This document shows positions 8,762-18,104 of a stretch of 43,673 bases of DNA, piece by piece; within the stretch, counting starts at the first letter, position 1; every line of letters begins with the position of its first letter. The DNA is from Nitrospirae bacterium CG2_30_53_67 (GTDB taxonomy: Bacteria; CG2-30-53-67), in NCBI GenBank assembly GCA_001873285.1, contig MNYV01000120.1:1-43673 (forward strand). The letters are read 5' to 3'. The notes under the pieces are model-generated. The model was not told where the DNA came from. It made no database searches and saw only the letters and a program-made list of their open reading frames with translations. The position numbers and the translations under genes were made by a program.

Positions 8762-10687
8762 TTAAACGATAGGAATCATCGGTCTTTCGATGGTCTTCCA
8801 TTCCTTTTTAGCTGCATCATACTTCACATTGATAAAGTGTTTCTTGCTTTCATCCAAGTCCGGGAAGTCCAACTTGTGGTAATATCCGGGCCATCTTGAC
8901 TCTTTTCTGGCAAGCCTTGTTTTCACGCATGCCAGGCCGACATACATCCTGTGGACAGCCTCCCAGGCCCTCATCAGCTCATGATTGTTCTTCGCAGTAT
9001 TAACACCAAGCTTCTCTACGTCTTCTTCCAGGAAACCCAATTTCCAGACGGCTGTCTCAAGCATCTTGTCGGTTGTCTCATAACTGGTCTCCCAGCTCCC
9101 TGCATATTCACCCATGATCTTCTGCAGCCTGAATAAGAAACTGTGCGCTGAGATATAGTTTGGATTCACTTCTGCGCTTGTTGTGTATCCCTTCTTCTCC
9201 TCATAGAGGGCAACCGGCTTAAATACGATTTCCTTGAGTTTCTTTATCGTGTCATCAGATACAGTAGGCGTGTAGCCCTTATGGTCATAGGCGTACTTCA
9301 CTGCTGACTTTGCTGCAATCCTTCCCTGCGCATGTGAACCGCTTGAGAACTTATGCGCAGATGCGCCTACGCCGCAGCCTGCTGTAAATAGACCCTTGAC
9401 CGTAGTCATTAGGTTATACTGCTCAGGGAATGCATCAGCGTATTCCTTGGGCATCAGGTCATCAGCGCCGCGGACCCAGGCGCCGCAAGAGGCGGCATGT
9501 GAACCGATAAAGCAGGGGTCTCCCAACTGAAGCTCCGAAGGTTTTTCCAATGGGTCAATATTCAGCGAAGCCCAGAGGGTTGCGCCTGCAATCGTCATAT
9601 CCAGGAAGTCCTCCCAGGATTCCTGTTCATACTTTTTAAGCTCTTTTTTCTGCGCCTTCGGGTCTGTGACCTCCTTTTTTATCCTCTCCGTTACCTTTTC
9701 CGTATGCATGAGCAAGGGCGACTTACCGGCCTTGGTTGCGAGGATCATCTCATAGTTTCTCACAGGAGTCGGACAGGGCTTTACCTTTGAATATGGCGCC
9801 CACTTATCTGTCTCTGATTTGTATGCAAAAACATATGGATCCCCATAAACATCCGTTGCAGGCGTCTTAAAGAGAAGGAAGAAGGTCCCGACGGGTCCAT
9901 AGGCATCCTTGAACCTTGGAGGGATAAACGGCACATCCATCTGTGTAAGCTCACCGCCTGCCTGTAAAATGAGTGAATAAGTTGAACCTCCAAGCCACGG
10001 CGGCATCCAGGACCTCCCGAAGCCTTCACCCTGAGACCTGGGCCTGAATACATGGACCGCGCCGCCCAAACCGCAGTAAACCGCTTTTGCCTTAAACACG
10101 TAGAATTTGTCTTCCCTGACGCTGAAGCCCACCGCGCCGCAGACCTTGTCGGTCTCTTTCTCATCATTAAGCAGGTGCGTAATATAGACCCTCTCAATGA
10201 GCTGACCCTTATCACCGAGGGCGCCTAATGCGTTCTTTGCCGCCTCTGCCACGATGATCTTGTAGCTCTCGCCTGATATTGCTATCTGCCATGCGCCTGA
10301 TTTAGCATAATTCCCTGCCTCATCCTTCCATATGGGAAGACCCCATTTATCAAAACTCTTGACAGAGGAATCCACGTGCCTTGCGACATCATAGACGATG
10401 TCCTGCCTTGTTAACCCCATCTGGTCATTCGTCACATATTTCACAAAATCTTCGGGTGTGTGCTGATCATGTGTGACCTTTCCATCCAATCCCATATAGG
10501 TATTAATGGCAGAAAGTCCCATGGCAACAGGACCGCTCCTGTCCACAGCGGCCTTATCTACCCAGGTTACCTTTAACCCCGCTGCCTTCGCCCAGTAGGA
10601 AGCCTCTACTACAGCGCCGCAGCCTCCCATCCCTCCACCGAGTATCAATATATCGGTATTAACAACCTCTGTTGCAAATTCTTTCAT
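8762..10687 (-). CDS. aprA: Adenylylsulfate (APS) reductase alpha subunit
   Basis: GGGMGGCG FAD motif, RSGPVAMGLSAINTY, RFKDAYGPVG, HKFSSGSHAQGR, RKESRWPG. Confidence 0.96.
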   Translation of the reverse strand: MKEFATEVVNTDILILGGGMGGCGAVVEASYWAKAAGLKVTWVDKAAVDRSGPVAMGLSAINTYMGLDGKVTHDQHTPEDFVKYVTNDQMGLTRQDIVYDVARHVDSSVKSFDKWGLPIWKDEAGNYAKSGAWQIAISGESYKIIVAEAAKNALGALGDKGQLIERVYITHLLNDEKETDKVCGAVGFSVREDKFYVFKAKAVYCGLGGAVHVFRPRSQGEGFGRSWMPPWLGGSTYSLILQAGGELTQMDVPFIPPRFKDAYGPVGTFFLLFKTPATDVYGDPYVFAYKSETDKWAPYSKVKPCPTPVRNYEMILATKAGKSPLLMHTEKVTERIKKEVTDPKAQKKELKKYEQESWEDFLDMTIAGATLWASLNIDPLEKPSELQLGDPCFIGSHAASCGAWVRGADDLMPKEYADAFPEQYNLMTTVKGLFTAGCGVGASAHKFSSGSHAQGRIAAKSAVKYAYDHKGYTPTVSDDTIKKLKEIVFKPVALYEEKKGYTTSAEVNPNYISAHSFLFRLQKIMGEYAGSWETSYETTDKMLETAVWKLGFLEEDVEKLGVNTAKNNHELMRAWEAVHRMYVGLACVKTRLARKESRWPGYYHKLDFPDLDESKKHFINVKYDAAKKEWKTIERPMIPIV

Positions 10688-10706
10688 GTTTTCTCTCCTT
10701 TTTTAT

Positions 10707-11150
10707 TTATTTTTTTGTCGGGAGCTCTTTTACTCCCAGCATATCCGGCTCTGAAAACAGCAATTGACTGTTTAAGTCCGCCACCTTTGCCTCAGGATAC
10801 CCCTCAAGCGCCTTTATGGAACCCTCTGGTGTAGTCCTTATCGGATACTTGAATCTCTTGATCCTTCCATCCCTGTAGGTGATCGTCCACATGATGTCCT
10901 CTGTCCCTCTCAGGGGAGTTGATGAGGCGCCGAGGGGCATAAAGTCTGCATAACCCCTTACATCCATAGCCTGCTGGGGACATATCTTTACACAACAGTA
11001 GCACTCCCAGCAATAAGTAGGCTCCTGATTGTAGGCCTTCATCCTTTCCTTGTCCAGGAACATCAGGTCATTCGGGCAAATATACATACATGCAGTCTTA
11101 TCCTGCCCTTTACAACCGTCGCATTTTTCTGTCATTACGTAACTTGGCAT
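10707..11150 (-). CDS. aprB: APS reductase beta subunit
   Basis: CDGCKGQDKTACMYICP and CWECYCCVKICPQ; KRFKYPIRTTPEG; AAGGAGG RBS. Confidence 0.97.
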   Translation of the reverse strand: MPSYVMTEKCDGCKGQDKTACMYICPNDLMFLDKERMKAYNQEPTYCWECYCCVKICPQQAMDVRGYADFMPLGASSTPLRGTEDIMWTITYRDGRIKRFKYPIRTTPEGSIKALEGYPEAKVADLNSQLLFSEPDMLGVKELPTKK

Positions 11151-11711
11151 CTTTAATCCCTCCTTAAAAACGTTAAATTAGGATGACTAAATCCTTTCCT
11201 TATTAAACATTAAACAGAAGCGTTCTCTTTCTCCTCTTTGTTTGTCGTTCCACCTCCCTTCACGGTTTGATCGGTCTGTTGCATAGTTGTGAGCCGTTCC
11301 TGTGCAGGAACAGAGTTTGAATGAGCGATTTGAGGTAAGCGAGAGCGTCATAAAAATCCGAAAGAGAAAAATAGTTTCTAAAATTAGAATATTAATATCT
11401 TCTAATAACTATAGAAAGTAAAATTAATAGTTCTTATCCAATCTTTAGAAAATATTATAGGGACCTCTCGTCTACCCGGAACGAGACAATTTTATAAGAG
11501 ATCCCGGATAGGAATTAAAATACTAATACGATCAAAAACAGGAATCAAGATAAAACATTAAAACCATACATTTGTAATTCTTATAAACGTATTAAGATAT
11601 ATAATTATTAATAATCATTATTGAACAAACAAGAGTAGAACGCTGTTTGATGACTGCTTCAATGATGGAACCTTTGGGGGATGCGGCTTTTGATGACCGT
11701 CAATCTTCATA

Positions 11712-12056
11712 TTACCCGGGCGGCCAATGCATGGGCCGCCCGCCCAGCAGATGGATATGAAGGTGGAACACGGTCTGCCCGCCGTGAGGGCCGGTGTTGA
11801 TCACGAGCCGGTAGCCTTTCTGATCCAGCTTGAGCCGTTTGGCGATCTCATGTGCGGCCCTCATCAGGTGGTGTAACAGTCCATCCGGCGCAGCATCAAT
11901 CTCGTTTAAGGATTTAAGATGGACCCTGGGAATGATCAGGAGATGTACGGGGGCCTGTGGATTGACGTCCCGAAAGGCCAGGCAATGCTCATCTTCATAA
12001 ACACGTTCCGCCTGCCGGTTACCGGAGACGATTTCGCAAAAGAGGCAGCCGTTCAT
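11712..12056 (-). CDS. hinT: HIT (histidine triad) family nucleotide hydrolase, Hint-type
   Basis: CLFC...PQAPVHLLIIP...GQTVFHLHIHLLGGR...WPPG. Confidence 0.92.
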   Translation of the reverse strand: MNGCLFCEIVSGNRQAERVYEDEHCLAFRDVNPQAPVHLLIIPRVHLKSLNEIDAAPDGLLHHLMRAAHEIAKRLKLDQKGYRLVINTGPHGGQTVFHLHIHLLGGRPMHWPPG

Positions 12057-12709
12057 TCTTTTCCCCTGTTTTTCCCCGATCTGCCGGCCAGCTCTCGATT
12101 GAATTCGTTGATGTATTTCTGAAATTGTTTGAAGCCCCGGGGGCCGACCTCGTGTTCGATTTTCTCCATGAACTCCCTGGAACGCCGGCCGTAGGACTCT
12201 CCAAGCTCTCGGGTAAAACGCTTGACCACCGCATCCGTATCCCGTAACTCATGACGGTCTTCACCGGGGATGTAAAAGAGAAGATTGTCCACGTAGCAGA
12301 CGATCCGTTCCTCCAAGGTATTGGGGATAAAATCCCGGTGCGGAAGACCCAGGGCCGCTGTTTCTTCCTTGGCGATGCCCACGCCTATATGGGTCTCGCC
12401 GATTCTGGCCGCGGCCTCGGGAAAGCCATGCTCACGGATGATCTCTCCGCTCTTGACTCCGTGCTCCACAATACGGGATGCCCGGCTCCGTCCCACGTCG
12501 TGGAGGATGGCGCCTAATGTTAGGATGTCGAAGTCCACATGGGCCGTCCCAGGGAAAAGACGGGCCAGGAACAAAGAGGCATCGTGGACGATTCTTGCGT
12601 GCTCCAGGATCCCATCCTTCCATTCGGGTTTGTATTCGGCGGCCGTCTTCTTTAGAAGATCCCAGGCCCTTTCGGCTTCCTTTTCTTTCATAGCATATTC
12701 CGTCCTCAT
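12053..12709 (-). CDS. HD/HDIG-domain metal-dependent phosphohydrolase
   Basis: EH...LHDVGR...HG...ETHIGVGI...P.TLEERIVCYVD; stop overlaps HIT start (ATGA). Start could be 12691. Confidence 0.85.
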   Translation of the reverse strand: MRTEYAMKEKEAERAWDLLKKTAAEYKPEWKDGILEHARIVHDASLFLARLFPGTAHVDFDILTLGAILHDVGRSRASRIVEHGVKSGEIIREHGFPEAAARIGETHIGVGIAKEETAALGLPHRDFIPNTLEERIVCYVDNLLFYIPGEDRHELRDTDAVVKRFTRELGESYGRRSREFMEKIEHEVGPRGFKQFQKYINEFNRELAGRSGKNRGKE

Positions 12710-12879
12710 GGATTCATCAATGGATGGATAATCTATTTACATAAAAATGGGGGCCGTTGTCAATCAAGAAGCAGCAGATGACATAAAAATGAGCAAGTGC
12801 TATACTCCGATAAAAAGAAAATCGTGACGTAAGAAGATTAGGTGGACAATCAGGCGTTTTCCTTATTTTGGAGCATCTT

Positions 12880-13890
12880 ATGACCCCATCCGGATTCAAC
12901 CCTGCGGAAAGAATCAAAGAGATCAGCACCGCCTACTGGAGATCCCAGGCCCTGTTTGTCGCCCTGCGGCTGAACGTGTTCAAGGAGATCGGAGATCGGA
13001 CCGTTCCGCTGCAGGTTCTATGCCCCAGGCTGGGCGTGACTCCTGACGCACTGGAGCGGCTCCTGCTGCCGCTCATCGCACTCGGGCTGCTGAGAAAGAC
13101 CGAACAGGGATACGCCGTTCCTGAAGCGTTCAGGCCCTGCCTGACTTCTGAAGGGGAGAAAGACCTGAGTGCATCCATAGCGCACATGGAACACCTTCAG
13201 GCCAAGTGGATGAGACTGGAAACGTCCGTGCGTACCGGGAAGCCCCTGGCGCCGGATTCCGATCTTACCGACGCAGAGATAAAAGAGAATACCGGGAATT
13301 TTATGGCGGCCATGGAGTCCCTGGCCTCGACCGTGGCCGAAGAACTGGTGAGGCGCTTTCCGCTGCAGGGGAATGAAGAGATCCTCGATCTCGGGTGCGG
13401 CCCCGGAACCTATTTCAGAAAATTTCTTCAAACCTATCCCGGCGTTCAGGCCACAGCCGTGGATGCAGAAGATGTCATTCCGATCACCCGGCGGCTTGCC
13501 GGGAAGCAGGGCCTTCTCGACCGGGTGACCTTCATCCCCGGAGATTTTCTTGAGCTCTCGTTCAAAAAGGATCATTACCATCCGGCGCTGCTTTCCAATG
13601 TCATCCATATCTATCCTCCGGAGGTCGTTTTAGATCTCTTAAGGAAGGTCTATGTCCTTCTCAGGCCCGGCGGGACCCTCCTCATCAACGATTTTTTCAC
13701 GGATGAAACCGGCACGCATCCCCTTTGGGGAGCGCTCTTCTCCCTGAACATGCTGCTCAACACAGAGGGAGGGAGGAACTACCGTCTCGATCAAGGGGAG
13801 GCCTTTCTCAAGGAAGCAGGCTTTTCGGGTATCCGTGCCCAAACCCTCTGTATGGATTCCACGCTCCTGATCGGGAAGAAATCGGTGTGA
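12880..13890 (+). CDS. SAM-dependent methyltransferase (O-methyltransferase family 2 with N-terminal dimerisation domain)
   Basis: LDLGCGPG motif I, GDF, SNVIH, LRPGG; GGAG RBS before ATG 12880. Confidence 0.85.
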   Translation: MTPSGFNPAERIKEISTAYWRSQALFVALRLNVFKEIGDRTVPLQVLCPRLGVTPDALERLLLPLIALGLLRKTEQGYAVPEAFRPCLTSEGEKDLSASIAHMEHLQAKWMRLETSVRTGKPLAPDSDLTDAEIKENTGNFMAAMESLASTVAEELVRRFPLQGNEEILDLGCGPGTYFRKFLQTYPGVQATAVDAEDVIPITRRLAGKQGLLDRVTFIPGDFLELSFKKDHYHPALLSNVIHIYPPEVVLDLLRKVYVLLRPGGTLLINDFFTDETGTHPLWGALFSLNMLLNTEGGRNYRLDQGEAFLKEAGFSGIRAQTLCMDSTLLIGKKSV

Positions 13891-13953
13891 GGAATGGGTA
13901 TCGATCCGGACTTCCGCCGATCTGAAAGATCATGTAGACCGGTGAGAAATCGC

Positions 13954-13981
13954 TTGACTTTGCCATGAGGGTCAATACAAT
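13954..13981 (+). promoter_or_regulatory. Probable sigma70 promoter of tRNA-Gly
   Basis: TTGACT-16 nt-TACAAT, 17 nt upstream of the tRNA. Confidence 0.55.
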
Positions 13982-13997
13982 ATAACAAAATATAAGA

Positions 13998-14072
<75 letters not shown>

Positions 14073-14080
14073 GGATGATC

Positions 14081-14123
14081 AGGAGCTGGTGAACGTCCAT
14101 TCACCACTCCTTTTTTATTTTTT
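14081..14123 (+). terminator. Intrinsic terminator after tRNA
   Basis: AGGAG(C)TGGTGAA / TTCACCACTCCT stem followed by a long T tract. Confidence 0.8.
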
Positions 14124-14312
14124 CTCAGAGCTCCCCTTGGTTGGTGAAAAGTATTTTATTTTCAGGTGGAATTGTGTACACTGATCCCCCATGGATGGAG
14201 GTTGCCTTGATCAACTCGTTCCGGAGCCGCTTTCCCGCGGCGGCAGCCGGCCGCCTTGCCGTCCATGATGCATTGCTCTTTTCCAGACGGACACGGCCGG
14301 GGAGAGACAGCC

Positions 14313-15233
14313 ATGAATAGATCTCTGAATATCCGATCCATGCTTTGTAGTTTGGCGCTGATCTCCCTCTGCCTGACCGGATGTGAGGAACCCGATAGGG
14401 TCTCCGGCCCCCATGACCGGATCAAGGTGGTGGCCAGCATTTTTCCCCTCTCGGATTTCGTCCGGAACGTGGGCGGAGAGAGGGTCGAGGTCCTGACCCT
14501 TCTCCCTCCGGCTGCAAGCCCTCATGTCTATTCCCCGGCGCCCAGAGACCTTGCCCGGCTGCAGGATGCCCGGCTCTTCGTCAAGATCGGTCTCGGGTTT
14601 GAGTTCTGGGCAGGTAACCTGGCTCATGCCGGCGCCGCCCCCGGCCTTGCCGAGGTTGATACATCCCAAGGAATGGAGGTCATTGAGGAGACCGAAACCG
14701 GGCATGGGCGCCCGGCCGGGAATCCTCATATCTGGCTGGACCCGGTTCTGGCCATGGAACAGGTGAAAAGGATCAAAGAGGCCCTGGTGAAGATAGATCC
14801 GGCGCACCAGGCCGAATATGAAAAAAATACTGAAACCTATCTCAATCAGCTCAAGGTCCTCAATCTTGAGATCAGGAACCGGGTCAAAAGCTTCAGGGTC
14901 AATGCCTTCATTTCCTTCCACCCCTCCTGGACCTACTTTGCAAAACGGTATGGCCTGGTCGAGGCCGGCGTGATCGAAACCTCCCCGGGGAGGGAGCCGG
15001 CGCCCGGCGAACTCATGAAGATCGTGCAGGGTGTCAAGGCGTCAGGCGTGAAGGTGATATTCGCCGAACCGCAGTTGAACCCCAAGACGGCTGATGTGGT
15101 CGCCTCCGAGGTCGGGGGCCGGGTCTTTCTGCTGGATCCGATCGGATCCCCTGAACACGAGGACCGGTCCACCTATCTCAAGCTGATGCGCTATAACCTT
15201 GCAATCATGCAGCAGGCTTTCGGGGGGCCGTGA
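14313..15233 (+). CDS. znuA: Zn/Mn ABC transporter substrate-binding lipoprotein (ZnuA/TroA cluster)
   Basis: Lipobox LTGC, SPHVY, NPHIWLDP, FHPSW.YFA motifs; GGAG RBS. Metal specificity not determinable. Confidence 0.85.
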   Translation: MNRSLNIRSMLCSLALISLCLTGCEEPDRVSGPHDRIKVVASIFPLSDFVRNVGGERVEVLTLLPPAASPHVYSPAPRDLARLQDARLFVKIGLGFEFWAGNLAHAGAAPGLAEVDTSQGMEVIEETETGHGRPAGNPHIWLDPVLAMEQVKRIKEALVKIDPAHQAEYEKNTETYLNQLKVLNLEIRNRVKSFRVNAFISFHPSWTYFAKRYGLVEAGVIETSPGREPAPGELMKIVQGVKASGVKVIFAEPQLNPKTADVVASEVGGRVFLLDPIGSPEHEDRSTYLKLMRYNLAIMQQAFGGP

Positions 15234-15248
15234 TTGGAGGATTTTTTA

Positions 15249-16040
15249 ATGGGAACAGACCGGCAGGTCATGGTAGAGACCCGGAACCTGGATGTGGAGA
15301 TCAATGGTTACCCGGTGCTTCAGGGGGTGAACCTGAAGGTCGAGGAGCAGTCCTTCACCGGACTGATCGGGCCCAACGGCGGGGGAAAGACCACGCTCTT
15401 GAGGGCGATCCTCGGACTCATCCGTCCGGATCGGGGAGAGGTCTTGATCCAGGGGGTCCCTCTCGGGACCGGAGAAAGCCGCTCCTGGATCATGGGGTAT
15501 GTCCCCCAGCAGATCAACATAGACAGGCGTTTTCCGGTCTCGGTCCTGGACACGGTGATCATGGGGAGGTACGGGAAGATCGGGATCGGGCGCCGTCCGA
15601 AAAAATATGACCGTGACATGGCCATGGCCTGCCTCGATAAGGTAGGGATGATTCATCTATCAGGCCAGCAGATCGGGAGCCTTTCCGGAGGGGAGAAACA
15701 GCGTGTCTTTATCGCGCGGTCGCTTTGCGCCGAACCCAGGGTCCTGATCCTGGACGAGCCTGTGGCCGCGGTTGATCTCGCCGCACAGGACAGTTTCTAC
15801 CGGCTTCTGCAGCAGCTCCGCAAGGAGTACGCCCTGACCGTCATCATGACTACCCACGATATCGGGGTGGTCCCCATCCACTGCGATGCCGTGGCCTGCC
15901 TGAACCGGACGTTGCATCTCCACGGAAGGCCGGAGGATATCCTGAAAAGCGAGGTATTCAAGAAGCTCTACGGGACTGAGGTCGAAGCGGTCATGCACGG
16001 CAGGATCCCCCACCGGATGATCGGAGGGCATCGTGACTGA
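15249..16040 (+). CDS. znuC: Metal ABC transporter ATPase
   Basis: GPNGGGKTT Walker A, LSGGE signature, ILDEP; GGAGG RBS at 15236-15240. Confidence 0.88.
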   Translation: MGTDRQVMVETRNLDVEINGYPVLQGVNLKVEEQSFTGLIGPNGGGKTTLLRAILGLIRPDRGEVLIQGVPLGTGESRSWIMGYVPQQINIDRRFPVSVLDTVIMGRYGKIGIGRRPKKYDRDMAMACLDKVGMIHLSGQQIGSLSGGEKQRVFIARSLCAEPRVLILDEPVAAVDLAAQDSFYRLLQQLRKEYALTVIMTTHDIGVVPIHCDAVACLNRTLHLHGRPEDILKSEVFKKLYGTEVEAVMHGRIPHRMIGGHRD

Positions 16041-16887
16041 AATCCTTGCCTACGGTTTCATGCAGAAGGCTCTCGCAGCCGGGATCCTGGTCAGCATCAC
16101 CTGCTCGGTGATCTCCTTTTTTGTCCTGGTCAACCGGCTCTCCTTCATCGGCGTGGGGATCTCGCATGCAGCCTTCGGGGGCGTGGCCATCGGGATCCTC
16201 TTCGGCATCGACCCGACCCTTTCGGCCGTGATCTTCTCCGTGCTGACCGCTTGGATGATCGGGATCGTGAGCCGCAGGGGGAGGCTTAACGAGGATACGA
16301 CCATCGGAATCTTTTATGCCGCGGCCATGGCATTGGGGATCGTGATCATCGGGCTTTCCAGAGGGTATACCGTAGACCTTTTCGGCTATCTCTTCGGGAA
16401 TATCCTCGCGGTCACCTCAACGGACCTCTGGATCGTGGCGGCCCTCAGCCTGTTTGTCCTCGGGACCGTATTTTACTTCTTCAAAGAACTGCTGTACATC
16501 AGTTTTGACGAAGAATCGGCACAGGTGAACGGTGTGCCGGTGGCCTTCCTCTATTATTATCTCCTCACGCTCATGGCCGTGACCATCGTGATCTCCATGA
16601 AGGTGGTCGGCATCATCCTGGTTTCGGCCCTTCTGGTGATCCCGGCCGCGGCGGCCTACGAGGTGAGTTCCCATTACAAGTCGGTTCTCATCGTCTCAGT
16701 CATCGTCGGGCTTGTCTCGGCCCTGGGCGGGCTCCTTGTCTCCTACCGGTTCAATACCGCCTCCGGGGCCACCATTGTCCTTCTGGCGGCTGCGGTTTTT
16801 CTCCTCCTCTTTACCATCCGCTCACTGAGGACCGGTCCTAAGAAGGACCGGGTTCCGGTCCATGGCCCTTCGGATCCCCAGGGTTAA
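16033..16887 (+). CDS. znuB: Metal ABC transporter permease
   Basis: ISHAAFGG, YLFGNIL, VGIILVSALLVIPAA; hydrophobic. Confidence 0.88.
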   Translation: MTEILAYGFMQKALAAGILVSITCSVISFFVLVNRLSFIGVGISHAAFGGVAIGILFGIDPTLSAVIFSVLTAWMIGIVSRRGRLNEDTTIGIFYAAAMALGIVIIGLSRGYTVDLFGYLFGNILAVTSTDLWIVAALSLFVLGTVFYFFKELLYISFDEESAQVNGVPVAFLYYYLLTLMAVTIVISMKVVGIILVSALLVIPAAAAYEVSSHYKSVLIVSVIVGLVSALGGLLVSYRFNTASGATIVLLAAAVFLLLFTIRSLRTGPKKDRVPVHGPSDPQG

Positions 16888-16894
16888 ATCCCAC

Positions 16895-17065
16895 CTTAGT
16901 GGTCCTGTTCGTAAATAGGGTGACGTACCGAGAGGGTTGTAGGGCGGGCGCATCAAGGCACGCGACTCAGCGCGTACCCCTCTGGTACACCGCAAGGTGC
17001 GGAACTTTGACTCGACCGCCCTACGGCACTCGAATGCCACCGTATTTACGAATAGGGCCACTTAG
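16895..17065. mobile_element. About 170-bp MITE-like long inverted-repeat element
   Basis: Left end TAGTGGTCCTGTTCGTAAATAGGGTG pairs with right end CACCGTATTTACGAATAGGGCCACT. Inner GTAGGGCGG/CCGCCCTAC stem. A partial second copy lies at 41144-41194. Confidence 0.7.
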
Positions 17066-17194
17066 TCTGTCACGGCCTTTCCTCTGATGCGCCGGAACTA
17101 TCGAAGTCTGGGGCAGGGGTTGGGTAGGGGCATTGTTTCTTAATTATTTATGGAGTTATAAGATTTATATATTCGCAATTGAATATTTATTTTC

Positions 17195-17223
17195 TTGACA
17201 AGGATGGCCTGAATTGATACTTT
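17195..17223 (+). promoter_or_regulatory. Probable sigma70 promoter heading the folE...acs supercluster
   Basis: TTGACA-17 nt-TACTTT with extended -10 TG and an AT-rich UP region. Confidence 0.65.
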
Positions 17224-17418
17224 TAATTGCTCATAGGTTGAAAGAATAAAACAGTGTTTTACTGAAATTGTCCTGCACGAAACAGCCAACGGCGAGATCT
17301 TCTCGGCATACTGAAAAGATCCATCGTCAGGATCGTTTTAAATAAATTTGTATTCAGAAACCATGGATCTGCCGGGTAGGATCAATCCCTCGGTGACGAT
17401 CAGCCATGGGTGAGCGGG

Positions 17419-17985
17419 ATGGATAAGGCGAAGATCTCAAAAGGGGTAAGGCTGATTCTCGAAGGCGTGGGCGAGGACCCGGACCGTCCCGGTTTGAAGG
17501 ATACGCCGAGGCGGGTGGCTGATCTGTACGAAGAGATCCTGGAAGGGCTCTCGGCGGATCTTTCCAAGATCATCAGGCCTATTGACGGTGAGGCGCACAA
17601 GGAGATGGTGATGATCAAGGATATCCCGTTTTATTCGATCTGTGAGCACCATCTTCTCCCATTTTACGGCAAGGCCCATATCGCCTATATCCCCGGAGAG
17701 GGGAAGATCGTGGGCTTTTCGGCCTTGGCCCGGGCGCTTGAACTCCTGGCCCGGAGACTCCAGATGCAGGAGAGGCTGACCACCCAGCTTGCGGATCTGA
17801 TTGTGGAGAGCCTGGAACCCAGAGGGGCCATGGTGGTGATTGAGGCGGAACAGCTCTGTGTCTCCATGAGGGGGGTGAAGAAGGCCGGGGCAAAGACCGT
17901 GACCTCGGCGGTCCGAGGGATTTTTGAGGCCAATGAGCGAACCCGGGTGGAGATGCTGGAACTGATGAAGAGCGGCAATCTATAA
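17419..17985 (+). CDS. folE: GTP cyclohydrolase I
   Basis: [46 protein letters not shown]. Start is ATG 17419 or GTG 17410. Confidence 0.95.
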   Translation: MDKAKISKGVRLILEGVGEDPDRPGLKDTPRRVADLYEEILEGLSADLSKIIRPIDGEAHKEMVMIKDIPFYSICEHHLLPFYGKAHIAYIPGEGKIVGFSALARALELLARRLQMQERLTTQLADLIVESLEPRGAMVVIEAEQLCVSMRGVKKAGAKTVTSAVRGIFEANERTRVEMLELMKSGNL

Positions 17986-17996
17986 GAAGAAAAAAC

Positions 17997-18104
17997 CCCC
18001 GTTAGAGAACATGGTGTTCCCTAACAACCGGTGATGGTGATTTTCTACCACCATCTTCAAGGGATGGTGTAGACTCCGTTTGAGATACGGTTTCTCTAAC
18101 GGGG
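17997..18104. repeat. 108-bp structured element closed by a perfect 13-bp inverted repeat
   Basis: CCCCGTTAGAGAA / TTCTCTAACGGGG ends; internal hairpins CTAC(C)ACCATC..GATGGTGTAG and CCGT..ACGG. Confidence 0.7.

Noticed and set aside
8459..8899. 146-aa plus-strand ORF, also 7505-7717, 16899-17087 and the 20237 N-terminal extension of panB
   Set aside because: These are translations running through palindromic repeat elements, not credible proteins.
11571..11587. Rex operator upstream of aprB
   Set aside because: Arm sequence and spacing do not fit TTGTGAA-N4-TTCACAA.
17230..17418. Known folate or purine riboswitch in the folE leader
   Set aside because: A hairpin is possible at about 17361-17408, but I cannot match THF, THF-II, ZTP or SAM consensus by eye. 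An Rfam scan would settle it.
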